A stretch of 59,194 nt of DNA. It comes from an uncultured Gammaproteobacteria bacterium. GTDB lineage: Bacteria; Patescibacteriota; Patescibacteriia; UBA10025; JAHIVO01. Position numbers and translations under genes: made by a program. The DNA is taken from positions 1-59,194 of the forward strand of contig CAZVMV010000007.1 of the NCBI GenBank assembly GCA_964628855.1, written 5' to 3'. Positions 45,185-56,313 of this stretch are shown here, piece after piece (position 1 is the stretch's first letter; every line of letters starts with the position of its first letter). The notes below the pieces were generated by a model, which saw nothing but the letters and a program-made list of their open reading frames with translations, made no database searches and was not told the DNA's origin.

Positions 45185-46105
45185 ATGAAAAATACGGTTG
45201 AACAATATTCCGGCCAGTTGGAGGTGGGGGATGTTTCGGTCAGGGAGCTGGATACGTTTGACAGCCGGATGGAGAGATTGCCAAACCGCATCAAAGAAAC
45301 GCTGGGGGAGGAGGAGCGCCGGATGTTGAGTGGAATCAGTGAAAAGCATGAAATCACTTTCGAGCATTCGCTCGGCGTAGCCACAACCGTTGATAAAGTA
45401 TGGCCGTCGTTTGCCAGCGACCTGGAGCGTGACGGGGTACGATATGAAGACATGGTGCGGTCAGCCTCGCTGCATGACGTGGGAAAAATTGCGTTGCCTG
45501 ACTGTATCCTGAAAAGCACCATGAAGGACGAGCAGTTGGCCGAGATATTTTTTGATTTCATCAAGCAGCAGCCGGACCGGGCGACGGAGCTGTTGCGGAA
45601 AAAGGGCCGCTTGTCCGAGAAACGCACGGTCGAAGATATGTCGACCGATGTTTTGGCGCACATGGACCACCGGGACGTGCTGCCGCTTGATTTTATGTAC
45701 CGGAATAACCCGGCGGCGATGGCTGAGATCATCCAATGCGGGATCGACCCGAAATTGAGCTTTATGGATGCGTTGCGTTTCCATGAGGCGAAGTCAGGGG
45801 AAATCATCAGGCAGAGCAACATTCCCAACCGTGAATTAATATCCGCCCTGGCGGGCGTCCATCATAATTATGATGCCCGGACCAGTGTCCAATATCAGCA
45901 AGGCGGCGAGACAAAGGCGTTGCCTGTAACGGCCGCAGAAGTCATTCATATAGCCGACGTATTCAATGCCATGACGGGCCGCGACCAATACCGTCCTACA
46001 GTCAGTGCGGAAGAAGCCCTCGTACAGTTGAATCAAATGGCTGACCAGGGCGTCTTCAACCGTGACGTTGCGAGGAGATTTACGGAGTCTGTCCGGGGGA
46101 GGTAA
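45185..46105 (+). CDS. HD-GYP-like HD-domain protein with an insertion
   Basis: TFEHSLGVA, SLHDVGK..LPD.IL, VHHNYD, IADVFNAMT...YR. Confidence 0.82.
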   Translation: MKNTVEQYSGQLEVGDVSVRELDTFDSRMERLPNRIKETLGEEERRMLSGISEKHEITFEHSLGVATTVDKVWPSFASDLERDGVRYEDMVRSASLHDVGKIALPDCILKSTMKDEQLAEIFFDFIKQQPDRATELLRKKGRLSEKRTVEDMSTDVLAHMDHRDVLPLDFMYRNNPAAMAEIIQCGIDPKLSFMDALRFHEAKSGEIIRQSNIPNRELISALAGVHHNYDARTSVQYQQGGETKALPVTAAEVIHIADVFNAMTGRDQYRPTVSAEEALVQLNQMADQGVFNRDVARRFTESVRGR

Positions 46106-46209
46106 TTAATATTGTACAGTGTTTATTTACGGGGTATAATTGTCATAGACGTGTTTTAAAATAATACCCGGAATCCCTAAATTTTTTATAATAAATTATA
46201 AATATTACT

Positions 46210-48495
46210 ATGAACAGGAAACGATTTTGGTATGTGTCCGGCGCCTTAGTTGGAATAGTGGCAACTTTGGGGTTTGCCGGTGCGCTCAATGCGCAGGGAA
46301 TAATTCCCAATGGCAGCGTACTGGGCCAGATAGTCCAGACCGCGACATTCGGGATATTTACGGACCATGACAGCAACCCAAGCGCTTGGGATTTTAATGC
46401 CGCTGGCTCTACGGTCAACATGGCCACTGGTCCTGGTTGTGGCGACGGGATTGTTCAGCCGGAGTTGGGTGAAACATGCGATGGCAATACGAATTATTGC
46501 GAGAAGGCGGGACACCCGGGCGTCCAACATTGTTTCATGGGCAGTACAAATCCGGCATACTCCGACCAACAAGCCTCCTGTACGTGGCGCTTTGAATGCT
46601 CATTATGCGGTGATGGTATAATCCAGCCGGAAGAAGGTGAGCAGTGCGATGGTGGCTACCGTTCTTGCACGACTGCTGGCGGACTCTCTGGACGACAATC
46701 ATGTTATATGGGCAATGCCAATCAGTGGTATTCTGATATTCAGGCCTCATGTACATGGGCATCGTCATGTGTCGCGTTGCCAACAATCAATTTTTCCTCA
46801 GCCACAGCTACAGGCAGTGAATCAACTGCCACGGTGGGGATTTCTGTGGTACTTGAATCCCAGCAATCGTACGATGCCTCCGCAACATACACAGTGATCG
46901 GCGGTACGTCCGGCAATAATGGAGTTGACTACACTCTCGCCAATGGGACCGTGACCATCCCCGCCGGCAGTACGACCGCCACGATTACTCTATCGATTGT
47001 AAATGATACTGAAATCGAACCGGACGAGAATATAATCATTGACTTATCATCGCCATCAAATGCCAGATTGGGGCAAAATTACCGTTTTACCTATACGATT
47101 ACAGACGACGACAGCCCTTCTCCCTATTGCAGTGACAGCGATGGCGGGAGAAGCTATAGCCGGTTAGGCGAGGTGCATTGGTACAATTATGACGACGGGG
47201 CTTACCAAAGGCAGTCGGATGTTTGCCGCGATACCCCGACGGGTGTAAATAAACGGTCAGGGCAATATCTCATGGAAGCAACATGTGAAGGGTATCAGGG
47301 CGTAAACCCGGCCGGTACCGGCTTGAAGGCAGTCGCATATAAGTGCCCTTATGGCTGCAGCAATGGCGCTTGTCTGCCTGCAGGATCAAAAGTGATTACG
47401 CCACCAGCTAATCTGCCGCCACCAGAATTGCCTGCGGGCTTGAACTTTTTTGCCTTCGCAAAAAATTTGAGAAAAGGAGTGACCCTGTCAGCCGGTAATA
47501 TCAGCGGAACTGATGCGGCGGAAATTATTGCCGGCACACCGCTCGGGCTCGCCCCCCAGGTCAGGGTTTTTGACAATAGCGGCAAAGTAGTCACGCAGTT
47601 TTTTGCCTATGACAGCGCGTTGAGGTTTGGCGTTGTGACCGCCAGTTGTGACCTGAACAGCGACGGGTATAACGAGATAATCACCGCACAAAACGCGGGT
47701 GGATGGCCGCTGATCAAGATTTTTACGAATAAGGGGAAAGTTTATAACAACGGTTTCTTGGCGCTCGACAAGAAATTTAAGGGCGGCCTGAATATCGCCT
47801 GCGGCGACGTATATGGCGACGGCGTTCCGGAAATCCTGGTCACCGCCCAGACCGGGGGAGGTCCGCAAGTAAATGTTTATACCCAGACCGGCAAGCAGGT
47901 GGCGAGTTTCACTCCTTTTGACAAGCGCACTTTCCGTGGCGGGGTCAATTTGGCCGTCGGTGATTTTGACAGTGACGGGATTGATGAAATAGTCGCCGCC
48001 CCTCAGATCGGGCCGCCAAATGTTGTGGTGGTGAAAATCCGACGGACTGGCGCGGTCAGATATGCAGCTCCGTTTACCGTCTTCGGCAAAAATTATCAGG
48101 GCGGAGTGGGGTTAGCCACTGGTGACGTGAACGGCGACGGATTGACCGAACTTTTAGTCACTGTTGGTCCGAATGAACGATCAATCGTTAAGGTCTATAG
48201 CAATACCTTCGGCGTCTTGCAGCAGTTTTACGCCTATCCAAAGACCTTCATGGGAGGAGTCGTCATGACGGCAGGCGATGTCGATAATAATGGAGTGGAT
48301 GAAGTGATAGTAGCACCGCGGTCCGCCGGCGGCCCACAGATCAGGACGATCAGCCTGCTGGACAGTGATTTTGACGGCCTGACTGACGCCCAGGAAAAAG
48401 CGTATGGCACAGACCGGCTGAACGCTGATACGGACAAGGATGGTTATGTTGACGGTGATGAGGTAGGGCTGGGGTATAATCCCAGAAAGAAATAG
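46210..48495 (+). CDS. Secreted mosaic surface protein (Cys-rich repeats, Calx-beta, FG-GAP propeller, Ca-binding tail)
   Basis: Signal peptide; two CGDGI.QPE.GE.CDG repeats; Calx-beta-like domain ending TITDDD; CSDSDGG...CPYGCSNGAC; D.NGDG..EI...GGGPQV repeats; DSDFDGLTD.QE...GTD....DTDKDG..DG.E. Confidence 0.88.
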   Translation: MNRKRFWYVSGALVGIVATLGFAGALNAQGIIPNGSVLGQIVQTATFGIFTDHDSNPSAWDFNAAGSTVNMATGPGCGDGIVQPELGETCDGNTNYCEKAGHPGVQHCFMGSTNPAYSDQQASCTWRFECSLCGDGIIQPEEGEQCDGGYRSCTTAGGLSGRQSCYMGNANQWYSDIQASCTWASSCVALPTINFSSATATGSESTATVGISVVLESQQSYDASATYTVIGGTSGNNGVDYTLANGTVTIPAGSTTATITLSIVNDTEIEPDENIIIDLSSPSNARLGQNYRFTYTITDDDSPSPYCSDSDGGRSYSRLGEVHWYNYDDGAYQRQSDVCRDTPTGVNKRSGQYLMEATCEGYQGVNPAGTGLKAVAYKCPYGCSNGACLPAGSKVITPPANLPPPELPAGLNFFAFAKNLRKGVTLSAGNISGTDAAEIIAGTPLGLAPQVRVFDNSGKVVTQFFAYDSALRFGVVTASCDLNSDGYNEIITAQNAGGWPLIKIFTNKGKVYNNGFLALDKKFKGGLNIACGDVYGDGVPEILVTAQTGGGPQVNVYTQTGKQVASFTPFDKRTFRGGVNLAVGDFDSDGIDEIVAAPQIGPPNVVVVKIRRTGAVRYAAPFTVFGKNYQGGVGLATGDVNGDGLTELLVTVGPNERSIVKVYSNTFGVLQQFYAYPKTFMGGVVMTAGDVDNNGVDEVIVAPRSAGGPQIRTISLLDSDFDGLTDAQEKAYGTDRLNADTDKDGYVDGDEVGLGYNPRKK
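46435..46770 (+). repeat. Two tandem ~57-codon Cys-rich repeats inside the surface-protein gene
   Basis: CGDGIVQPELGETCDG...YSDQQASCTW versus CGDGIIQPEEGEQCDG...YSDIQASCTW; coordinates approximate. Confidence 0.8.
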
Positions 48496-48520
48496 AGATT
48501 CTTCGTAATTATTCATTGAA

Positions 48521-48556
48521 AAAAATCGCCTCCGGACTGGGGGCGATTTTGTTTTT
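48521..48556. terminator. Bidirectional terminator
   Basis: AAAATCGCCTCC-GGACT-GGGGGCGATTTT flanked by A and T runs between convergent genes. Confidence 0.75.
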
Positions 48557-48571
48557 GGGCGTGCATTACAT

Positions 48572-49216
48572 TCAATGCGGTTCACAGCTGGCCTTGTTTG
48601 TTGGCAGGCAGATCGAGTCAGACGGTTTAGCTGGAATCGTGTCTGAGGCATTGAGCGGATAGGCCGACCAAAGGATAAAGCGCTGTTTGGCCGCACTGCC
48701 GTATGTCAGCAGTTCCACGCACTGAGATGTCTGGTTGTATTCCAGGGTACCGGTTTCCGTCTGGAATTCGTAAATCGTTTGTCCGTTTGTTAGGCAACGG
48801 CGGGCATTTACCATCGGCATGTCTGTCATGCGGGTGACGACATAAACACTGACATTCAGCGTCGGACAGGTGTCCAAATCCTGGGAGTGGGTCCGGCGGG
48901 AAAAATAGACCCGGCAATCTGGATTTGTGGTGATTGGCGTGTGCGGCAAACGGACACTGTGGATGGAATTGAATTCCGAAACTGTCATGCCGAGGTTCGC
49001 GAGCGAGGAGTGGGAATGATAGACAGTATCATCACCCGAGGCTGTGGACCAGGCTTGGCGCTGTTCGACTGCCAGGATGGAATCCAGAACCGCGAATTCG
49101 TCCATGATCTGGGCGGGGGTGATGTTTTCCTGCTGGCACCATGCCGTTAAATTAGTGTCAGACGTCCAGGATAACGGAAAGGCGAGCACGGATACAACCA
49201 AAATGGTAAAGAACAT
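48572..49216 (-). CDS. Hypothetical exported protein
   Basis: Start moved to MFFTILVVSVLAFPLSW (signal-like) after a purine-rich AGAAGGGA; TTGACA-17-TAGCAT promoter upstream. Confidence 0.68.
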   Translation of the reverse strand: MFFTILVVSVLAFPLSWTSDTNLTAWCQQENITPAQIMDEFAVLDSILAVEQRQAWSTASGDDTVYHSHSSLANLGMTVSEFNSIHSVRLPHTPITTNPDCRVYFSRRTHSQDLDTCPTLNVSVYVVTRMTDMPMVNARRCLTNGQTIYEFQTETGTLEYNQTSQCVELLTYGSAAKQRFILWSAYPLNASDTIPAKPSDSICLPTNKASCEPH

Positions 49217-49366
49217 TGTGAATCCCTTCTGTTTCTTTGGTGTTAATTTTTGTTTCTTTATGCTACTGCGCCTCCAGGGCGTTGTCAAACAATGCCTTGA
49301 CATCATGAACTTCAGGGAGCTAAGATCAGGCCAGAATGCATGTACTTTTCCAAAGGAGGTTTATCC

Positions 49367-49711
49367 GTGACAGTACAGGAGAGGATATTGTGCAGACTCG
49401 TGGGGGTCACCAGGCGCGTGAATAAAAATCCGCATGTCGGGTTTTACACCAGATTCGCAGATCTGAATTTGGGTGAAATGGATCCCTGCGAAATTTGCAT
49501 CAGTGTTGCGGTCAGCCTGAATATTCCGGATTTTCCGGAAACTTTCTGGACTGAAATCCCGACGATCGGGGATTTGCAGGACGAAATGCCGCCCCTGACC
49601 CCGGGTGCGCGGCGGCCAGCCCTTACGCTCCGCCAAATGAGCGTTAGCATGACGCTCTGGCTTTATAGAAAGCATCCTGACCAACATTCGCGTTTAGCCC
49701 AGGCCTCATGA
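49367..49711 (+). CDS. Acyl-carrier-protein-like protein lacking the phosphopantetheine serine
   Basis: GTG start after AAGGAGGT; TVQERI...FADLNLGEMDPCEI...IPTIGDL aligns with ACP TIEERV...F.DLG.DSLD..EL...I.TVGD. Confidence 0.6.
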   Translation: MTVQERILCRLVGVTRRVNKNPHVGFYTRFADLNLGEMDPCEICISVAVSLNIPDFPETFWTEIPTIGDLQDEMPPLTPGARRPALTLRQMSVSMTLWLYRKHPDQHSRLAQAS

Positions 49712-49726
49712 AGAGGCCTTTTTTAT
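49701..49726 (+). terminator. Intrinsic terminator
   Basis: AGGCCTC-ATGAA-GAGGCCT followed by TTTTT; stop codon lies in the loop. Confidence 0.8.
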
Positions 49727-49773
49727 TTTTTATTGAATATTAGCCAAATTACAAGCACTGAAAAAAATACCCC

Positions 49774-49802
49774 TTGATTAAAAGCCGGAAATACATTAGA
49801 AT
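49774..49802 (+). promoter_or_regulatory. Probable atp operon promoter
   Basis: TTGATT(49774-49779)-17-TAGAAT(49797-49802). Confidence 0.55.
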
Positions 49803-49978
49803 AGAGCCGCATTGTGGATATTTTTTGATTTCATTAATAAGAAAGACGAGGGTTAAAACAGCCTTTTTTCCGAGGGAAAACGGCTGCCAACAACATAATT
49901 TCCGGCCAACCGCCGTGTTGTTGTTTGGGCCCTGGGAGTATAGACTCTCCCGGAAAACTTTTAACGTACGTCAAATCT

Positions 49979-50266
49979 ATGGTCGACAAGCCAAAAACCG
50001 CCTGGTGGCAGCCCGCCCTCACGATATTCTCGGAGGTGACCGGGTGGATAGTGGCTCCGATCGTGGCTTCTCTGTTCATCGGCCGGGCGCTGGACAAGAA
50101 ATATGGCACAGAACCATGGTGGTTTCTCGGTCTGACAGCAGTGGCGTTTGTGATCACGACTGTCGGAATCGTTCGGGTGGCCACCAAGTATCTGAAACAG
50201 ATCGAGGATGAGGGCAAGAAGAAAAAAGAAGATAAAATAAATGAGCGAAACATCCAGCACAACTAA
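49979..50266 (+). CDS. AtpZ/AtpI-type small ATP synthase accessory protein
   Basis: Two TMs, IV.PIV.SLFIG..LDKKYGTEPW; first gene of the atp operon. Confidence 0.85.
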   Translation: MVDKPKTAWWQPALTIFSEVTGWIVAPIVASLFIGRALDKKYGTEPWWFLGLTAVAFVITTVGIVRVATKYLKQIEDEGKKKKEDKINERNIQHN

Positions 50267-51083
50267 TCCTACGGAACAGTCGTCTCAGGAAGTGAGTCAT
50301 GAAGTGACGCTATTTGCCGAGCCGGTTTTTAATGTCGGCAAACTTTCCGTGACAAACGCCCTGATCAATACTTGGGCGGTGGTTTTGATTATTATTATCG
50401 CTTCGTTGGTCATACGAAAAAAGATCGCAAAAATACCCCGAGGTATTCAGAACGCATTTGAGATAATTATCGAAGGGGCGATGAACATGGCCGATTCCGT
50501 AACCGGTGACCGGCGCAAGACGGAAAAAATTTTCCCGTTCGCTTTTTCCGCATTCCTTTTCATCCTCCTGAACAACTGGCTGGGCTTGCTGCCCGGAATC
50601 GGATCCATCGGCTGGCTTGAGGGCGGCCATACTTTTGTCCCGTGGTTCCGCGGCGGTACGGCTGACCTGAATACGACCCTGGCCCTGGCCTTGTTTGCGG
50701 TGATCGGATCAAACCTGTTCGGATTCATTACCGTGGGCATCTGGCGGCATACGAACAAATATCTAAATTTCAAGGCGTTGGCGGAAATACCGAAAAAGAT
50801 CCGTAAGGAGCCGACCATAATTTTTGTGAACATCATCAAGTTTTTCGTCGGCGTCATAGAGATCATCGGCGAGATAGCCAAAGTCGCGTCGCTGTCGTTC
50901 CGGTTATTCGGCAACATCTTTGCCGGTGAAGTCCTGCTGACCTCGATCGCCGTCATTTTCGCCTTTGTCCTGCCGATCCCGTTCATGTTCCTGGAAGTGA
51001 TCGTCGGCATCATCCAGGCGCTGATCTTTTCCATGCTGTTGCTGGTGTATTTCACCATTGCCTCCACGGCTGAGGAGCACTAA
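50241..51083 (+). CDS. atpB: ATP synthase Fo subunit a
   Basis: PRGIQN..E, NNWLGLLPG, PTADLN-like GTADLNTT, SLSFRLFGNIFAGEV, GIIQALIF. Confidence 0.96.
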   Translation: MSETSSTTNPTEQSSQEVSHEVTLFAEPVFNVGKLSVTNALINTWAVVLIIIIASLVIRKKIAKIPRGIQNAFEIIIEGAMNMADSVTGDRRKTEKIFPFAFSAFLFILLNNWLGLLPGIGSIGWLEGGHTFVPWFRGGTADLNTTLALALFAVIGSNLFGFITVGIWRHTNKYLNFKALAEIPKKIRKEPTIIFVNIIKFFVGVIEIIGEIAKVASLSFRLFGNIFAGEVLLTSIAVIFAFVLPIPFMFLEVIVGIIQALIFSMLLLVYFTIASTAEEH

Positions 51084-51179
51084 ATAATGGGTAGCGTTTG
51101 GGGTTGGCCAACGGCCAAAGCCAAACGTTAATCATTAATGCGGCACACCGCGTAAGCGACGACGTTAAACCCAACCTAA

Positions 51180-51434
<255 letters not shown>

Positions 51435-51500
51435 TTTATCTTCTGACGGACAGGTGCCGTTAAGGCGCCTGTGGCTAGAAGATTAACGAATAAATATCAT

Positions 51501-51998
51501 ATGGACGAATTAGTTAAAACATTTCACATCGACTGGAAATTGCTGATCGCACAGCTGATAAATTTCGGCATCGTGCTGGGCGTGCTCTGGTATTTTGCCC
51601 TGCGGCCGCTGATGAAGATGATGTCAAATCGCACCTCGGCAATAGACAAGAGCCTGAAAGAAGCTAAGGAAATCGAACAGAAGCTGCACGAGGCGGAACA
51701 GACCAAGCAGTCCATCGTAACCGAGGCGAAAAAGGAATCCGCCATTATCATGGAGAATGCCTATCAGGAGGCGGAGAAGGTCCGTGAACAGAAAATCAAG
51801 GAAACGCGGGACGAAATGGGCAAGCTGGCCGAGAAAGTGAAAGTTGAAATGGCGCTGGAAAAGGAAAAAATGGTGGCCGATGCCCGCCGCGAAGTGGCGG
51901 ATTTAGTTGTGGCAGCCGCCAGTAAAATCGTGGAAAAAAACCTGGACACCGCGGCAAACAAGCACCTGGTCGAGGAAACGATTAAACAGGCAAAATAA
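51501..51998 (+). CDS. atpF: ATP synthase Fo subunit b
   Basis: IDWKLLIAQLINF..L..F..RP.....R...I followed by a coiled coil. Confidence 0.95.
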   Translation: MDELVKTFHIDWKLLIAQLINFGIVLGVLWYFALRPLMKMMSNRTSAIDKSLKEAKEIEQKLHEAEQTKQSIVTEAKKESAIIMENAYQEAEKVREQKIKETRDEMGKLAEKVKVEMALEKEKMVADARREVADLVVAAASKIVEKNLDTAANKHLVEETIKQAK

Positions 51999-52004
51999 TC
52001 GACT

Positions 52005-52406
52005 ATGCAACGCATCAGCCCGAAAAAATACGCGACAATACTATACGAACTGGTAGCTTCGCAGTCTGATGATAAGGCGAAGGAATCGCTGTCATCATTC
52101 GTTAAATTGGTGGCTCGCAACAAGGATCTGGCCAAGATTGACCGGGTGATCCGGGCTTTCCAGAAATTGGCGGACCAGCAGGAGCGCATGACCGCCGTGA
52201 CGATGACCACCGCGCACCCCGTCGATCATGAGACGTTGCAGGCAGTAACGCATGAATTGAAAAAAGTGCTCGGTACGGATGTGCGGCTAACTCACAGTCT
52301 CGACCAACGGCTGATCGGCGGCGCCGTCCTGCGTTATGGCGACATCGTCGTGGATGGCAGTGTCCGCAAGCGGATTGAGCTGCTCGGGAAAACAATCGCT
52401 AAATAA
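52005..52406 (+). CDS. atpH: ATP synthase F1 subunit delta (shortened)
   Basis: KKYATILYEL, VTMTTA.P, LDQRLIGGAVLRYGDIVVDGSVR. Confidence 0.9.
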   Translation: MQRISPKKYATILYELVASQSDDKAKESLSSFVKLVARNKDLAKIDRVIRAFQKLADQQERMTAVTMTTAHPVDHETLQAVTHELKKVLGTDVRLTHSLDQRLIGGAVLRYGDIVVDGSVRKRIELLGKTIAK

Positions 52407-52436
52407 TTTTATTAATCATTACTTACGAATAAAAGT

Positions 52437-53960
52437 ATGCCAACGACAGAGTACATAATCAATGAGCTAAAAAAGCAGATCGGCGATTTCAAAACAGCGG
52501 TAGCGAAAGAACATGTCGGCACCGTGGAAGAAGTCGGCGACGGTATTGCCCGCCTGTCCGGACTCTCCGGGGTATTGGCCATGGAAATGCTTGAATTCAA
52601 GGACGGAGTTTATGGTGTGGCCCTGAACCTCGAGGAAGATTCGGTCGGCGCCATCATTCTGGGAGATTATACCGGCATCAAGGAAGGCGATGAAGTGAAG
52701 AGTACCGGCAAAGTGTTGCAAGTGCCGGTGGGGAAAAGCCTGGTCGGCCGCGTGGTCAGCCCGTTGGGTGAAGCCCTGGACGGCAAAGGCCCAATCGCCT
52801 CGGAATCAAGTTATCCGGTCGAGAAAATCGCGCCACGCGTCATTACCCGTGAAAAGGTCAAAACCCCTTTGCAGACCGGAATCAAGGCAATTGATTCCAT
52901 GATCCCGATCGGCCGCGGACAGCGTGAATTGATCATCGGCGACAGGCAAACCGGCAAAACCACATTGACCCTGGACACCATCATCAACCAGAAGGGTAAA
53001 GGCGTCACCTGCATTTACGTGGCCATCGGCCAGAAAGAGTCTAAGATTGCGAAGATTGTCGCCGAGTTCGAGAAGTACGGCGCGATGGACCATACTGTTG
53101 TCGTGGTCGCCGGCGCGTCTGACCCCGCATCGCTCGCGTATATCGCGCCTTATGCCGGCTGCGCCATGGGAGAATTTTTCATGGATAACGGCGGCGACGT
53201 ACTGGTCGTTTATGACGATTTGTCAAAACATGCCTGGGCTTACCGTGAAATATCACTTTTGCTCCGCCGCCCGCCAGGCCGCGAAGCGTATCCCGGAGAC
53301 GTGTTTTACCTGCACTCACGACTGCTCGAACGGGCCGCAAAACTCAACAAGAATTACGGCGGCGGTTCGTTGACCGCATTACCGATTATTGAAACGCAAG
53401 CAGGCGATATTTCCGCCTACATCCCGACCAATGTCATTTCTATCACCGACGGTCAGATATATTTGGAGTCGGATTTATTCTACCAGGGCATCCGCCCGGC
53501 GCTTAACGTCGGCTTATCCGTGTCCCGCGTCGGGTCTTCTGCGCAGACCAAGGCCATGAAAAAAGTGGCCGGAAAATTGCGTTTGGACCTGGCCCAGTAC
53601 CGCGAACTGGCCGCGTTCGCCCAGTTTGGTTCTGATTTGGACGAGTCCACCCGCAAGCAGCTTGACCGAGGCATGCGGTTGACCGAAGTGCTGAAACAGG
53701 TCCAGTACCAGCCGATGCCGGTCGAAAATCAGGTGGCGATATTATACACGGCGGTCAACGGCTATCTGGATGACGTGCCGGTCAGCAAGGTCAAGGAGTT
53801 TGAGGCCGCTTTCCATAAATTCCTGCAAACCAGCCACCAGGAGGTGCTGAAAAACATCCTGACGGTAGGGGACCTGACCGAAGAGGTTGAAGGCGACCTG
53901 AAAAAGGCCATCGAGGATTTCAAGAAGACCACCAATTTTACTGATAAAGAATCCAAATAA
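52437..53960 (+). CDS. atpA: ATP synthase F1 subunit alpha
   Basis: [45 protein letters not shown]. Confidence 0.99.
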   Translation: MPTTEYIINELKKQIGDFKTAVAKEHVGTVEEVGDGIARLSGLSGVLAMEMLEFKDGVYGVALNLEEDSVGAIILGDYTGIKEGDEVKSTGKVLQVPVGKSLVGRVVSPLGEALDGKGPIASESSYPVEKIAPRVITREKVKTPLQTGIKAIDSMIPIGRGQRELIIGDRQTGKTTLTLDTIINQKGKGVTCIYVAIGQKESKIAKIVAEFEKYGAMDHTVVVVAGASDPASLAYIAPYAGCAMGEFFMDNGGDVLVVYDDLSKHAWAYREISLLLRRPPGREAYPGDVFYLHSRLLERAAKLNKNYGGGSLTALPIIETQAGDISAYIPTNVISITDGQIYLESDLFYQGIRPALNVGLSVSRVGSSAQTKAMKKVAGKLRLDLAQYRELAAFAQFGSDLDESTRKQLDRGMRLTEVLKQVQYQPMPVENQVAILYTAVNGYLDDVPVSKVKEFEAAFHKFLQTSHQEVLKNILTVGDLTEEVEGDLKKAIEDFKKTTNFTDKESK

Positions 53961-53963
53961 ACC

Positions 53964-54872
53964 ATGGCAGTAGCTACCCGAGAAATAAAACGGCGCATCC
54001 GCTCCATCACCAATACCAGGAAAATCACCAAGGCGATGGAACTGGTGGCTGCGTCGAAAATGCAGAAAGCGGTTCGTGCCGTGCTGGCGACCCGGGCGTA
54101 TGCCCATGCCGCCTGGCAGATCGTGAAAGATTTGGCCAGCCGGACAAACCCGGAGCTTCATCCAATCCTGCAGTCCCGGCCACAGACGCGGAAGATCGGC
54201 GTAGTGATGATCACCTCAAACCGTGGTTTGTGCGGCGGGTTCAACCGCGAAGTGATCGACCGGGTGGCGACTTTCATCAGGAACCACAAGCAGTCCAATG
54301 TCAACATCGAGGCGGAAGTGCTGTTGATGGGCAAACGTGGGCGGGACATCATGTTCCGTCACGGCCATGAGATTGTGGCAGAATTTACCAAAGTGGACGT
54401 GGCGACCCGCGTGTCGGAAATTACCCCGATGGCGAAAATGGTCATCAGTGACTATATAAAAGGAAAATATGACAAGGTTGTTGTCGCCTATACGGATTAT
54501 TATTCGGCCATCAAACAGAAGCCGCGTATCAGGACCCTGTTGCCGCTAGGCTCCGAGGATGCGGAATTAGGGTCGGTTATCGGTGTCCAGCCAGAACGCA
54601 CCGAACCGGATGACGCAGAATACCTTTTTGAACCGTCCGCAGACGCCGTACTGGACCAGATGCTGGAGCGTTTGATCGAATTGCAGCTGTACCAGGCCCT
54701 GCTCGAGTCGAACGCGTCGGAGCATTCAGCGCGCATGATGTCCATGCGCAATGCCTCTGACGCCGCCTCGGACATGATCAGGGACCTGACCCTGTCATTC
54801 AACCAGGCGCGCCAACAGATGATCACTTCCGAACTGGCAGACATTTCTGCCGGCAGCGCTGCCGTCACATAA
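53964..54872 (+). CDS. atpG: ATP synthase F1 subunit gamma
   Basis: KITKAMELVAASK, SNRGLCGGFN, SEHSARMMSMRNASD, NQARQQMITSEL. Confidence 0.98.
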   Translation: MAVATREIKRRIRSITNTRKITKAMELVAASKMQKAVRAVLATRAYAHAAWQIVKDLASRTNPELHPILQSRPQTRKIGVVMITSNRGLCGGFNREVIDRVATFIRNHKQSNVNIEAEVLLMGKRGRDIMFRHGHEIVAEFTKVDVATRVSEITPMAKMVISDYIKGKYDKVVVAYTDYYSAIKQKPRIRTLLPLGSEDAELGSVIGVQPERTEPDDAEYLFEPSADAVLDQMLERLIELQLYQALLESNASEHSARMMSMRNASDAASDMIRDLTLSFNQARQQMITSELADISAGSAAVT

Positions 54873-54888
54873 ATTTATAAATTATTAA

Positions 54889-56295
<1,407 letters not shown>

Positions 56296-56313
56296 TCTAT
56301 CGTAAGTTTATTT

